Made by a program: the position numbers and the translations under genes
Assembly (NCBI GenBank): GCA_025060075.1
Contig: JANXCZ010000038.1
Span: forward strand, 16,049-80,048
Direction of reading: 5' to 3'
From: Thermodesulfovibrio sp.
GTDB lineage: Bacteria > Nitrospirota > Thermodesulfovibrionia > Thermodesulfovibrionales > Thermodesulfovibrionaceae
DNA: 64,000 nucleotides
The notes under the pieces: generated by a model
The model's database searches: none
What the model was told of the DNA's origin: nothing
Seen by the model: only the letters and a program-made list of their open reading frames with translations
Part shown: piece by piece, positions 38,330 through 48,492 of the stretch
Layout: every line of letters begins with the position of its first letter
Position numbering within the stretch: position 1 is the first letter of the stretch

Positions 38330-38985
38330 TGAAATTGAGTTTTTTTCAGTCTTAAATTTCCCTTTTAATCTTTGGTTGCTTAGCTGTAAGGCCTATTCCT
38401 TCAAATAGGTGATACATAGAATATCTCCCAAATTGTATAAACTACATATCCAATAAGAGGGATAGCCATAATTAAAGCCTTTTCAGAAACTTTTAATGCT
38501 TCAATCTTATAGAAGTTTTAGGCAGTTTAAAACGCTTTTTTATTGACTTCTTCTACTATTTTAGATTCTTCAAATAGTTCTTTTGATTTTACTCATCTGC
38601 TCTAAGGATATAAAACAGTCTCTTAAACTTTTTTCTCATCATAACCATAAATATTCCTGATTTCTTCGCCTTTGCTTTTATATATGAGATCAAAGTCTCT
38701 TACTAGTGTTTTAATTAAGAACACTTCCTAAGTCTCATTTTATAATCAAAGATTTATCTTTTTGTTCCACTATAACTTAAGCTGTCATAAAAAGTTTTTC
38801 GACTATTTTAGTAGCATTGTTAGAATTATATTTTTATTGTAGTATTGAATTGTTTTCCTTTGAAAGGCTCTATTACTTTTGACAGTTTAAGGATAAAGTA
38901 GGACGAAAACTTAAGAAGCTTATTAAATAGAGCATCTTCATACTCTAATCCATTTTTAACATCATCAAAAATTGGTGAAATCATT
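38330..38985 (-). pseudogene. Heavily decayed coding remnant of unknown family
   Basis: About 650 bp with short open protein-like stretches (MISPIFDDVKNGLEYEDALFNK...; YSMYHLFEGIGL) broken by stops. Confidence 0.3.
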
Positions 38986-38989
38986 AAAA

Positions 38990-39326
38990 AAGTACCTCTT
39001 ACTTTAGCAGCTATAATAGCAGGCTTAATAATAAAGCATCTTACTGCACCAATACATCAGGTTATAACTAAAGCATGATACTAATTTTAATTAAAAAAGC
39101 AGGCGCATAAGGCTTTTTACCACCAATAATATCACACGCATCAGCAATCAATATAGAGAATAACAAGTTAATACAATAATCATCACTGATATCCATTTTC
39201 TTTTTCCACTTTTTAAGATGTTCATTGAATTTTCATATTACTGTCTTGCAGGGGCAACATGGAAAGCTTCATAAATTCAGATATTTTTTGCAAAATAGAT
39301 ATTTTAGCAATCCTTTTTTATTCCAT
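38990..39326 (-). pseudogene. TauE/SafE (TSUP) permease N-terminal remnant
   Basis: Fragments ISEFMKL / YENSMNILKS / IIGGKKPYAPAF / CIGAVRCFIIKPAIIAAKVRG resemble the TauE motif CIGAGGGFIITPALM; stops and frameshifts present. Confidence 0.6.
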
Positions 39327-39348
39327 TTGTCTAAACTATTTTTGAACC

Positions 39349-41586
39349 TTAATCAAATTCTTCGTTAGTTGAGGATATTTTGGGTAATTTTATTATAAAA
39401 GTCGTTCCTGTTTTTTCTGACTCTTCTTTAGTTTTAGTCTCAAAATTAATAATACCATTATGTTCTTTTATGATATTATAAGAAACCCAAAGACCTAAGC
39501 CTGTTCCTTTACCTGGCTCCTTTGTTGTAAAGAAAGGATCAAAAATCTTATGTCTGTATTCTCTTTTAATTCCTGTTCCTGTATCAGAGATTAGTATTTC
39601 AATCCATTCGTCCTTACAATGAGTTGAAACAGAAAGAACTCCTCCCATTGGCATAGCATGAACTGCATTGTTAATTATATTAAAAAACACCTGTTGTAAC
39701 TCCTCTGGATAACCAACTGTAGTTGGTAAGTCTTCTTGTAAATTCTTATTTACTTGAATGTTACTTATTTTAAATGTATTATTCATAATTGAAAGCACTG
39801 TCTCTATGCATTCATTAATGTTTACATTTTCTTTTTTTGGCTCTTTATGCCTCGCAAAACTTAGAAGTTGTTCTACAATTCTTTTTGCATTAGTAGCATG
39901 TCTTTCAATTGTCTTTAAAAGTTCATACTGCTCAGAATCAGGCGTTATTTTTTCAAGTAAGATATCAGTAAATCCAAGAATTATTGTGAGAGGATTATTT
40001 ATCTCATGCGCAACTCCCGCTGAAAGTATTCCTAAGGAAGCTAATTTTTCCGTATAGTAACTCTGTTCTTCCATTTTTTTTCTATCTGTAATATCACGAG
40101 CTATGCCAAGAACAGAGTATATATTACCTTTGTCATCCTTTAAAGCTCTAAGATTGGTGTTCAACCAAAAATCTTTACTGTCCACAGTAACTCTATGGGT
40201 AAGTTGTTTACTTTCTCCTGTTTTAAATATATGTTTTATATTTATTGCTAGAAGAACTCCATCTGGAATGAAAATATTAGATATATTCTGTCCAACAATT
40301 TCAGATTCATGTCTATTAAAAAATTCTTTTCCAAATTTATTCATTGAGATTATTCTTCCTTCCATATCTACCGTAAAGATAATATCCTCTGCATTTTCCA
40401 CTAAGTTTTTATATCTTTCCTCCGTTTTTTTAAGCTCTGTAGTCTTTCTTATAATCTCTTTTTCAAGAATGTTTGACCATGTAACAAGAATAAAGTTTAC
40501 AAAAATTCCTCCAAATAAAATAACTACGATAATTATTCCTTGAAGCAACATTTGTTGACTTTGTATAGAATGAATTGCTCCTTCTACATCACTTATTGGT
40601 GCAACAACAGCCATAGACCAGAAAATATTTCTCTCTCCATTGGATATTCTTATTGGTGCGTAAGCAATAAGCTTTTTTATCTGTCCCTCTAACCCTCTAT
40701 GCCATCCTGAGATATACCAACTCGTTCCTTCTTCTCCTCTCAACATCTTATCTCTTTGGATTTCATTTATCCTTTCAAAAGAAATAATCGGTTTCTTGAA
40801 TTTTCTCGCCTCAAAAGCATTTTGTCCAATAAAACTACTTTCTTCATGATATAAAAATATGCCATTTTTATCTATTATCCATGCATATCCTGTTTTACCA
40901 GACTTAATTTTTTTTGCTACTTTGCTAACTAAATAGGTTACATCAATAGTAAATAAAATAGCTCCTGAAAATTTATTGGTTGCAACAGGATGAGATTCAT
41001 CAGTGGATATTTGCCAAACAGGTATTATCATTTTCATAATAATAAATCTAGAATTTTCAGAATCTTTACAGACTTTAATCTCAGAAAAAAATATCTTTCC
41101 TTTATTATCTTTCTTAGAAGCCCAGTTTAAATATTCCTCTTCTTCTGTCTTTATTTTTTCAATTTCAAATTTTTTATCTTCAGCTACTGTGTATATTTTT
41201 CTTGTTTTATTTTCTATAAATTTGATTTCTTTGACTCCCTCATGCTTCACACTTGAAAAAGTTATATTCATTCTGTTTATAAGAGCAGGTTTTTCAGAAT
41301 ACTGAATTGCAGGCGAAAGACTAAGAAGAGTTATCTCTCTTTTTAACATTTCTATAGAGTTCTCAATTTGACTTGCTGCATGCTTTGCCATTAAAAGCTG
41401 TTGCTGATTAAAATCCTCGGTAACAATTTCAGTTATTTTTTTTGTGGAAAGCCATCCAAGAAACAAAACCATACCAAGAAGTATAATCATTACCAAAGTT
41501 ACAATAAGTTTAAAGTATTTAAGATTAAGAGGATGATATTTTTCAGTTGAATTGATCAATTTATCTATTAGTTTCTGAAAAAACAC
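39349..41586 (-). CDS. Membrane sensor histidine kinase (Cache-PAS-HisKA-HATPase)
   Basis: Two TM helices flanking a Cache domain (SGKTGYAW), PAS, AHEINNPL H-box, QVFFNIINNA, DTGTG, FFTTK..GKGTGLGL. Confidence 0.93.
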   Translation of the reverse strand: MFFQKLIDKLINSTEKYHPLNLKYFKLIVTLVMIILLGMVLFLGWLSTKKITEIVTEDFNQQQLLMAKHAASQIENSIEMLKREITLLSLSPAIQYSEKPALINRMNITFSSVKHEGVKEIKFIENKTRKIYTVAEDKKFEIEKIKTEEEEYLNWASKKDNKGKIFFSEIKVCKDSENSRFIIMKMIIPVWQISTDESHPVATNKFSGAILFTIDVTYLVSKVAKKIKSGKTGYAWIIDKNGIFLYHEESSFIGQNAFEARKFKKPIISFERINEIQRDKMLRGEEGTSWYISGWHRGLEGQIKKLIAYAPIRISNGERNIFWSMAVVAPISDVEGAIHSIQSQQMLLQGIIIVVILFGGIFVNFILVTWSNILEKEIIRKTTELKKTEERYKNLVENAEDIIFTVDMEGRIISMNKFGKEFFNRHESEIVGQNISNIFIPDGVLLAINIKHIFKTGESKQLTHRVTVDSKDFWLNTNLRALKDDKGNIYSVLGIARDITDRKKMEEQSYYTEKLASLGILSAGVAHEINNPLTIILGFTDILLEKITPDSEQYELLKTIERHATNAKRIVEQLLSFARHKEPKKENVNINECIETVLSIMNNTFKISNIQVNKNLQEDLPTTVGYPEELQQVFFNIINNAVHAMPMGGVLSVSTHCKDEWIEILISDTGTGIKREYRHKIFDPFFTTKEPGKGTGLGLWVSYNIIKEHNGIINFETKTKEESEKTGTTFIIKLPKISSTNEEFD

Positions 41587-41624
41587 TCTCTATACCTATT
41601 TTAAATAATTATAGAAGAAATACT

Positions 41625-42557
41625 CTAAAATTGAAAGAATAATAACGAAAAACCAAATATTAAAAGAGATAAAACTGTTGTAAGAAATATCATTTCAATA
41701 GAAGTTCTCATATCTATTCCAAAGACCGTTGCAAAGAGCATACTAAGTAACATTGAAGGCATTCCTGCCTCTACAATACAGACATTAAGAGGAATACCTG
41801 TAAGTCCAAAAATCTTTCCATATAATAAAGCAAAAAGGGGTGATATAACCACCTTGACTAAGATTGCTGGTAAAGATAAGATAAACCTTTTTGGTGCCAC
41901 AGCTTTTATAGATATTCCTACAACAAAAAGCATAAGAAAGGTAATATACTTTGAGACTAAACTGATTAAATTTATTAATTCCTCAGGTATATTTATAGCT
42001 ATTTCTCTAAATATTAAACCTGCAAACAATCCCCAAATAGGAGGAATTTTAATAATTGTGACAATAGAATCTTTTAGTTTTATACTCTTTGCTCTACCAT
42101 ACTTCATGCATATAGCCACTGCCAATGTCCAGGTAAGTGGAGTGCTTGCAAAAAGATCATAGGTGAAAGCATAACTCATACCCTGATTTCCATATAACTT
42201 TGTTAATATTGGCAAACCCATATAGAGAACATTTCCAAAAGCAGAACAAACAATAAAAGCACCTATACACTCAGACTTTATCTCCCTAAATAAGTTTATC
42301 TTTTTGTAGATTAACCAAGAAACTAAAACACAGCTTATTATTGTAAGATTAGCAACTAAGGATACTTTTAAATGACTTAAACTAAAAGGCATTGTATAGG
42401 TTGTCTTAAAACATACAAAGGGTATTATATAGTAAAAAACAATATAATTGATTCTGTCGCGATAATAATCAATTTTTTCAGGTGATACTCCTTTAAGTGT
42501 AAGTAAAACTCGTAAAAAGACTCCGCTTAAAATAAAAAGAAAAATATCAAGAAACAT
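41625..42557 (-). CDS. AEC (auxin efflux carrier) family transporter
   Basis: Multi-TM; AFGNVLYMGLPI, PPIWG, EAGMPS. Confidence 0.85.
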   Translation of the reverse strand: MFLDIFLFILSGVFLRVLLTLKGVSPEKIDYYRDRINYIVFYYIIPFVCFKTTYTMPFSLSHLKVSLVANLTIISCVLVSWLIYKKINLFREIKSECIGAFIVCSAFGNVLYMGLPILTKLYGNQGMSYAFTYDLFASTPLTWTLAVAICMKYGRAKSIKLKDSIVTIIKIPPIWGLFAGLIFREIAINIPEELINLISLVSKYITFLMLFVVGISIKAVAPKRFILSLPAILVKVVISPLFALLYGKIFGLTGIPLNVCIVEAGMPSMLLSMLFATVFGIDMRTSIEMIFLTTVLSLLIFGFSLLFFQF

Positions 42558-42579
42558 TGATTTCTATGAAAATTAAACT

Positions 42580-43926
42580 TTAAATTTTTTCGGCAAGCTT
42601 TAATGAGTTTTCAATACAATCATTAACACTCACACCTCTGTATGCATTGCCAGTAATATATAATCCTGGAAATTTATTAAGTATTGTATCTATGCGATTT
42701 AGTTTTTCTTCATGCCCTAACTCATACTGGGGAATTGCCTTTTCCCATCTAAATATCTTCACAAACTCAGGGTCTCCTTTAATATTTAGAATACTCTTTA
42801 ATTCATACAAAACTGTCTCAGTAAGATTTTCATCAGATAACATGGCAAGCTCAGGTGCTCTTCTACCTCCAATCATACTTCTAAGCAAAACATAGCCTTC
42901 AGGTGCTCTGTTTGGAAAAATACTTGAATCAAAAAGAGTTCCAAGAATCTTTCTTTTCTCCCTGTACGGTATTAAGAAACCATAAAGAGATGTTCCAAAA
43001 CCAATCTGCTCTTTTTTAAATCCAAAAGCCACTACACTTAAGGGTGGATAAGGAATAGTTTTTAAAATATCTGAAATTTCTCTGTTAAGTTCCTTTAATA
43101 TATCTGCTGTTTCATAGGCAGGACATGAAAGAACTACTTTTTCTGATTCAACTGTATCTCCATTTTCAAGATAAACAGAGTAGTAACTATTTTGTTTGGT
43201 GATGCCAATTACTCTATTACCTTTTATTATCTTTGATGAAAGATTAGACTCTAAACTATAAACAAGCTCTGCCATTCCAGTCTTAAATGACATAAGAACT
43301 GCAGATGGTTGAGCTTTCACATCTTTTCTTTCTTTTCTTAGAGCAATTAATCCTCTTATAAGTCCACCATATTTCTTTTCAAGCCAATAAACCTTTGGAA
43401 AACAGCTTTTCATACTCATCTTTGAGGGATCTCCTGCATAGATTCCTGTGGACATAGCATCAATCAGCTTTTCATAAAACTCTCTTCCAACTCTGCGAGT
43501 GACAAAACTCTCAACAGTCTCCTCTGTGTGCTCTTTTACTGGTGGAACAAAGTATTCTTTTAGCATTCTTATCTTGCCAGAAATTGAAAGAATTGATGAA
43601 AGGAAAAATTTAATAGGATTTTCTGGAACCTTTATCATCTTTCCATCTATAAGGAGATATCTTACTTTTGAGCTTTCACTTCCTTTAATAGGCTCTATAT
43701 TTAGCTCGCTGGCAAGTCTTAGTGTAGAAGGCTTGTTATTTAAAAAACCATTAACACCCCCTTCACATAAAAATCCTGAAATATTTTCTGTAACTATTTT
43801 GCCACCTACTTTTTCTTCAGCTTCTATTATCTTTAGATCAAGCTGAGGATTTTTCTTAAGCAAAAAATAAGCCAGAGAAAGTCCTGAAATACCTCCTCCT
43901 ACAATAACTAATTCTGCTGAGCCCAT
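42580..43926 (-). CDS. hemY: HemY-type copro/protoporphyrinogen oxidase
   Basis: GGGISGLS FAD motif, GIYAGDP, RWEKAIPQYELGH, GNAYRGVSVNDC. Confidence 0.9.
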   Translation of the reverse strand: MGSAELVIVGGGISGLSLAYFLLKKNPQLDLKIIEAEEKVGGKIVTENISGFLCEGGVNGFLNNKPSTLRLASELNIEPIKGSESSKVRYLLIDGKMIKVPENPIKFFLSSILSISGKIRMLKEYFVPPVKEHTEETVESFVTRRVGREFYEKLIDAMSTGIYAGDPSKMSMKSCFPKVYWLEKKYGGLIRGLIALRKERKDVKAQPSAVLMSFKTGMAELVYSLESNLSSKIIKGNRVIGITKQNSYYSVYLENGDTVESEKVVLSCPAYETADILKELNREISDILKTIPYPPLSVVAFGFKKEQIGFGTSLYGFLIPYREKRKILGTLFDSSIFPNRAPEGYVLLRSMIGGRRAPELAMLSDENLTETVLYELKSILNIKGDPEFVKIFRWEKAIPQYELGHEEKLNRIDTILNKFPGLYITGNAYRGVSVNDCIENSLKLAEKI

Positions 43927-45452
43927 CTTATAATTGCCTCCACCATATCTTTTATTGTTGATTTTTCGGGTATTATACTTACCTTATAACCTGCCTTTTG
44001 AATTGCCTTTGCTGTTGTTTTACCTATCGCAGAAATCACTACTTCTTTAAGCATCTCCTTTGCATCTTCCTTAAGAATATCAAGTAAATTGTAAAAACTT
44101 GAGGGAGAAGTAAAGGTGGCAATCGTTATTTTTCCTTCCCTTAAAAATCTTATAAGCCTTTTACCATGCTCTGTAGGTTTTACAGTTTTGTATGTAATAG
44201 GTGTGTCTACTTTTATACCAAGGGTATTCAACTCTTCAACAAAGTCCTTCATGGCAATATCTGAACAGGGATAAAGTATTTTAATACTTTTGCTTTGAAA
44301 ATCAGATTTGCTTTGAGCAATACTAAAAAATTCCTCCTTTAGCCTCTTAGCTAATGCCTCTGAACTATGTTCATCAGGTATTATGTCTGCATTAATACCA
44401 AACTCTCTTAAATTTCTTGAAGTTTCTTTGCCTATTGCACATATTAAAATATTTTTTAAGTTTCTTACATCCTTGCCAATACTTAAGAATCGCTCAAAAA
44501 AGAATTTAACTGCTCTTGGTGACGGAAAAACAATAAATTGATAGTTTTCTATATTTTCAATAGCTTTGTCTAATTCAGTAAAATCATCTGGTGGTAAAAA
44601 AGCTATTGTTGGAAATACAAAAAGCTCTGCTCCCATATCTTCAAGAATGAGATATTCATCTGTCAAATGCCTTGTAATAAGAATTCTATGTCCATAAAGT
44701 GGTTTTTTTTCATACCATTTTAGTTTTTCTCTAAATTTTACTACATCACCAATTACAAGAATTGCAGGTGATGAAATCTTATTTTCCTTTGCCAAATAGG
44801 CTATTTCTGATATTGTTCCGGTTACTACCTTTTGTTCAGGTCTTGTTCCCCAACGAATAATTGCTGATGGAGTTTCTGGTTTTAAACCTTCTTGAATAAG
44901 CCTATTTGTAATTGTTTCAAGATTTCTCACGCACATAAGAAAAATCATTGTTTCTGAAGCATTTGAAGCTTTTATATGATTAAAAATTCTTTCTTGTTTT
45001 GAAAGGTCTTCATTACCAGTAATAACAGTAAAGGCAGAGGCTACCTTTCTATGGGTTACAGGAATTCCTGCATATGCAGGAACTGCAATAACAGAGCTTA
45101 CACCTGGAACTATTTCAAAATCTATTCCTTCTTCATAGAGAATCTCTAACTCCTCACCACCTCTACCAAACACGAAGGGATCACCACCCTTAAGCCTACA
45201 TACTATCTTTCCTTCCTTTGCCTTCTGAACAAGAATAGAGTTTATCTCATCTTGACTCATCTCATGGTGTCCTCCTCTTTTACCAGCATAAACAAACTCT
45301 GCACCATCCTTTGCATAGGTTAAAAGACGAGGATTTATATGAAAGTCATATACAATGCAGTCAGCCATCTGAATTGCCCTTAAACCTTTCAGTGTAATCA
45401 ATCCTGCATCTCCAGGACCTGCACCTACAAGATAAACCTTTCCCTTACTCAC
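43908..45452 (-). CDS. cobA: Uroporphyrinogen-III C-methyltransferase / uroporphyrinogen-III synthase fusion (CobA-HemD)
   Basis: VGAGPGD, RLKGGDPFVFGRGGEE, GIPVTHR; C-terminal HemD domain (FTSPS, AIGKTT). Confidence 0.94.
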   Translation of the reverse strand: MSKGKVYLVGAGPGDAGLITLKGLRAIQMADCIVYDFHINPRLLTYAKDGAEFVYAGKRGGHHEMSQDEINSILVQKAKEGKIVCRLKGGDPFVFGRGGEELEILYEEGIDFEIVPGVSSVIAVPAYAGIPVTHRKVASAFTVITGNEDLSKQERIFNHIKASNASETMIFLMCVRNLETITNRLIQEGLKPETPSAIIRWGTRPEQKVVTGTISEIAYLAKENKISSPAILVIGDVVKFREKLKWYEKKPLYGHRILITRHLTDEYLILEDMGAELFVFPTIAFLPPDDFTELDKAIENIENYQFIVFPSPRAVKFFFERFLSIGKDVRNLKNILICAIGKETSRNLREFGINADIIPDEHSSEALAKRLKEEFFSIAQSKSDFQSKSIKILYPCSDIAMKDFVEELNTLGIKVDTPITYKTVKPTEHGKRLIRFLREGKITIATFTSPSSFYNLLDILKEDAKEMLKEVVISAIGKTTAKAIQKAGYKVSIIPEKSTIKDMVEAIIRWAQQN

Positions 45453-46413
45453 TTAATTTCTCCCTGTGGTAAATTTTCTTGATTATCTCTTGTCCGCCTC
45501 TATAAAGTAATTCTTTTGCAAGGTCTATACCAAGGTTTTGTGCTTGAGATAAACTGCCTTCACGAAAGCCTTTAATAATTGGGATTTTGTCTTCAGGATC
45601 TCCTATCATGCCTATTATCCTTATAAAACTACTTCTTTCATCATTTTTTATAATCTTTGCATGACAGGCAAGAGGCACCTGACATCCTCCTCCCATAACT
45701 GAGAGAAAGGCTCTTTCAGCAAGAACGCAGATGGATGTATCTTCATGATTTAGTGGCTTTATAAGGTCATTTATAAAATCATCATCTACTCTTGTTTCAA
45801 TTCCTATTGCACCTTGTCCAACTGCTGGAATGATAACTTCTTCAGAAATTGTCTCTGTAACCATATCCTCAAAACCCATTCTCTTTAAACCTGCCATTGC
45901 GAGTAAAATTGCATTGAACTGTCCCTCTTTAAGTTTTTTTATTCTAGTGTCAACATTACCTCTTAATGGAACTACTATTAAATCATCTCTAATTGCTCTA
46001 AGTTGAATTGTTCTTCTTAGACTGCTTGTTCCAATAACTGCTCCAGCTTGAATATTTTTTAAAGATTTTCCATCTTTACTGATAAAAACATCTCTTGGAT
46101 CTTCTCTTTCACATATTGCCGAGATTTGCAATCCCTTTGGAATCTCTATTGGAACATCTTTCATACTGTGAACAGCTATATCAACTTTTTTTGAAAGTAA
46201 AGCTTCTTCTATCTCTTTTACAAACAAACCTTTTCCACCAATCTTTGCTAATGGTGCATCAAGAATTTTGTCACCTGTTGTCTTTATTTTTTGTATCTCA
46301 ATATCTATCTCTGGATAAAGTAATTTAAGTCTTTCTTTAACCCAGTTTGCCTGCCACAAAGCAAGTTTACTTCCTCTTGTGCCTATAATTAATTTATTCC
46401 TCCTCGTTGTCAA
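45445..46413 (-). CDS. hemC: Hydroxymethylbilane synthase
   Basis: GTRGSKLALWQ, GKGLFVKEIE, HSMKD, GTSSLRR, RGNVDTR, GGCQVP; probable TTG start at 46413 after GGAGG. Confidence 0.96.
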   Translation of the reverse strand: MTTRRNKLIIGTRGSKLALWQANWVKERLKLLYPEIDIEIQKIKTTGDKILDAPLAKIGGKGLFVKEIEEALLSKKVDIAVHSMKDVPIEIPKGLQISAICEREDPRDVFISKDGKSLKNIQAGAVIGTSSLRRTIQLRAIRDDLIVVPLRGNVDTRIKKLKEGQFNAILLAMAGLKRMGFEDMVTETISEEVIIPAVGQGAIGIETRVDDDFINDLIKPLNHEDTSICVLAERAFLSVMGGGCQVPLACHAKIIKNDERSSFIRIIGMIGDPEDKIPIIKGFREGSLSQAQNLGIDLAKELLYRGGQEIIKKIYHREKLSE

Positions 46414-47689
46414 TTCCAAATAACCTCCTTGCTGAGTATATAAGAATCTCCTTACTTTCGCAGTTATTCTTGAGTGCAACAGTCGGATAATGCATTATTT
46501 TATTTATAATGCTTTGAGTAAGATAATCAATAGAGTTAAGTACTTCAGGTGAAAGGTCTCTAAACTTAGATTTAAATTTTTCAAGCTCTTCCTGTCTTAT
46601 TTGTTCAGCTTTATTTCTAATTGAAACAATAACCGGAACACTCTCAAGAGAGTTAATCCATTGGAAAAACTTTTCTGTTTCCTCTTTTATTATAATCATA
46701 GCCCTTTCTGCTTCTTTTTTCCTTTCAAGAATGTTTGAATCCACTACTGCTTGAAGATCATCTATGTTGTAAAGATAGACATTATCTAAATTATTGCAAG
46801 ATGGATCTATATTTCTTGGAACAGATATGTCAATAAGGAATATGGGTTTGTACTTTCTCAAATACATTACTTCTTTAAGCATATTTTCGGTTATCACATA
46901 GTTTGGTGCTGCTGTTGAGCAAAGAACAATATCAGTTTTTATAAGATTTTCTTTTAGATTTTCGAAAGGAACTGCTACACCATTAAACTCCTTTGCAAGC
47001 TCTTTTGCTCTCTCAAAAGTTCTATTTGTAATGTAAACACTCTTTACTCCATTTCCGATAAGATGTCTTAAAGCAAGTTCAGCCATCTCACCAGCACCCA
47101 CAAGAAGAATTGACTTTTTGGAAAGATCATCAAAGACTTTTCTAATAAGTCCTACTGCTGCATAGCTTACAGAGACTGGATTTTCACTAATCCGAGTTTC
47201 ATTTCTTACTCTTTTTGCTGTAAAAAGTGCTCTATTCATAAGATGATTAAGAATAAGTGAAGTTGCTCTTTCAGATAAGGCAATCTCATAGGATTCTTTA
47301 ACCTGTCCTGTTATCTGCGGTTCACCTACAATCATTGAGTCAAGACTTGAGGTAACTTTAAAAAGATGCTCAACTGCCTGTCTGTCTTTATATACATATA
47401 AATAATTTTCAAAACTGCTTTTTTCAATCTTATGAAATTTTGAGATAAATTCTTTAATGAGCTCTTCTATTGATTTGGTTTCTCTGTTTTCTTTATCAGA
47501 AGAGAGATTGCTATAGACATATATTTCCACTCTATTACATGTTGAAAGAATAACTGCCTCAGCAATATTTTCTTTTTGAATAAGCTCTCTTAAAGCTTCC
47601 TTAATTGCCTCCTTTGAGCCAAATGCAAGCTTTTCTCTAATTTCAATTGGTGCAGTCTTATGATTCAGTCCAACAACTGTTAAGCTCAT
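46394..47689 (-). CDS. hemA: Glutamyl-tRNA reductase
   Basis: LSTCNRVE, DSMIVGEPQI, GAGEM, DISVPRNID. Confidence 0.97.
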   Translation of the reverse strand: MSLTVVGLNHKTAPIEIREKLAFGSKEAIKEALRELIQKENIAEAVILSTCNRVEIYVYSNLSSDKENRETKSIEELIKEFISKFHKIEKSSFENYLYVYKDRQAVEHLFKVTSSLDSMIVGEPQITGQVKESYEIALSERATSLILNHLMNRALFTAKRVRNETRISENPVSVSYAAVGLIRKVFDDLSKKSILLVGAGEMAELALRHLIGNGVKSVYITNRTFERAKELAKEFNGVAVPFENLKENLIKTDIVLCSTAAPNYVITENMLKEVMYLRKYKPIFLIDISVPRNIDPSCNNLDNVYLYNIDDLQAVVDSNILERKKEAERAMIIIKEETEKFFQWINSLESVPVIVSIRNKAEQIRQEELEKFKSKFRDLSPEVLNSIDYLTQSIINKIMHYPTVALKNNCESKEILIYSARRLFGIDNEEE

Positions 47690-48492
47690 AGTGGTTTATG
47701 AAAACTCTCTGTTAATAGATTTATACCAAAAAATCCGAAAATTACAAGAAGAAAAGCAAGTATAGTAAGATATGCAGCCTTTTTCTTTCTCCAGTCTTCT
47801 TTTACCCTGAGATAATAGATGGATAGATATACAATCCACGTTAGAAAACTCCATATCTCCTTTGGATCAAACATAAAACCAACTAAGCTAACATATTTAA
47901 TAAATCCTACGACAAGAGCAATTGTATAAAGTGGAAATCCCCAAAATATAAGATGATAGTTTATTTTATCAAGAATTTCAAGATTTGGCAGAATACTTTC
48001 AAATCCTCTAAATTTTTTAGATTTAATAGCTTTTTCCTGAATAAGATAAAGACTACTAAAAACAAAGGCAAGACTAAAAAGAGCTATTCCAAAAATAGCC
48101 ATAACTGCATGAATATCGATCCAGAAACTTTTAATCTCTGGTTTTAAAGAAGGGATACCTCTTGGGAAAAAAGCACCTATAAACATAATTAAAAAGCTAA
48201 GAATTATTCCAAAGTTTAAAACCTTAACTTTATAAGAAAAACTAATTAAAAAAGAAACTAAGAGAATACTCCATGCAAAGTAAGAGTTTGCCTCATGCAT
48301 TGAAAATACAGGTGCTTGTCCTGATTTTATATATCTTATAATCAAATAAACTGTATGAAGTATAAAACCTATTAAACTTAAAAAAAATACAGCTTTGTCT
48401 AAATCATTTTTTTTTCTTATTATTCCAACTATGCTTAGAATAAATCCTGCAAAATATAAAGTGAGAGCAAGCTCAAAGAAGATTGTTCCCAT
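47686..48492 (-). CDS. CcsA/HemX-family cytochrome c assembly membrane protein
   Basis: Multi-TM; WIDIH, DPKEIWSFLTWIVY, terminal His; likely start at 48492. Confidence 0.85.
   Translation of the reverse strand: MGTIFFELALTLYFAGFILSIVGIIRKKNDLDKAVFFLSLIGFILHTVYLIIRYIKSGQAPVFSMHEANSYFAWSILLVSFLISFSYKVKVLNFGIILSFLIMFIGAFFPRGIPSLKPEIKSFWIDIHAVMAIFGIALFSLAFVFSSLYLIQEKAIKSKKFRGFESILPNLEILDKINYHLIFWGFPLYTIALVVGFIKYVSLVGFMFDPKEIWSFLTWIVYLSIYYLRVKEDWRKKKAAYLTILAFLLVIFGFFGINLLTESFHKPL

Noticed and set aside
48407-48415. A9 homopolymer (minus strand) in the ccsA-like gene as a phase-variation site
   Set aside because: The frame is intact and such runs are common in this AT-rich sequence.
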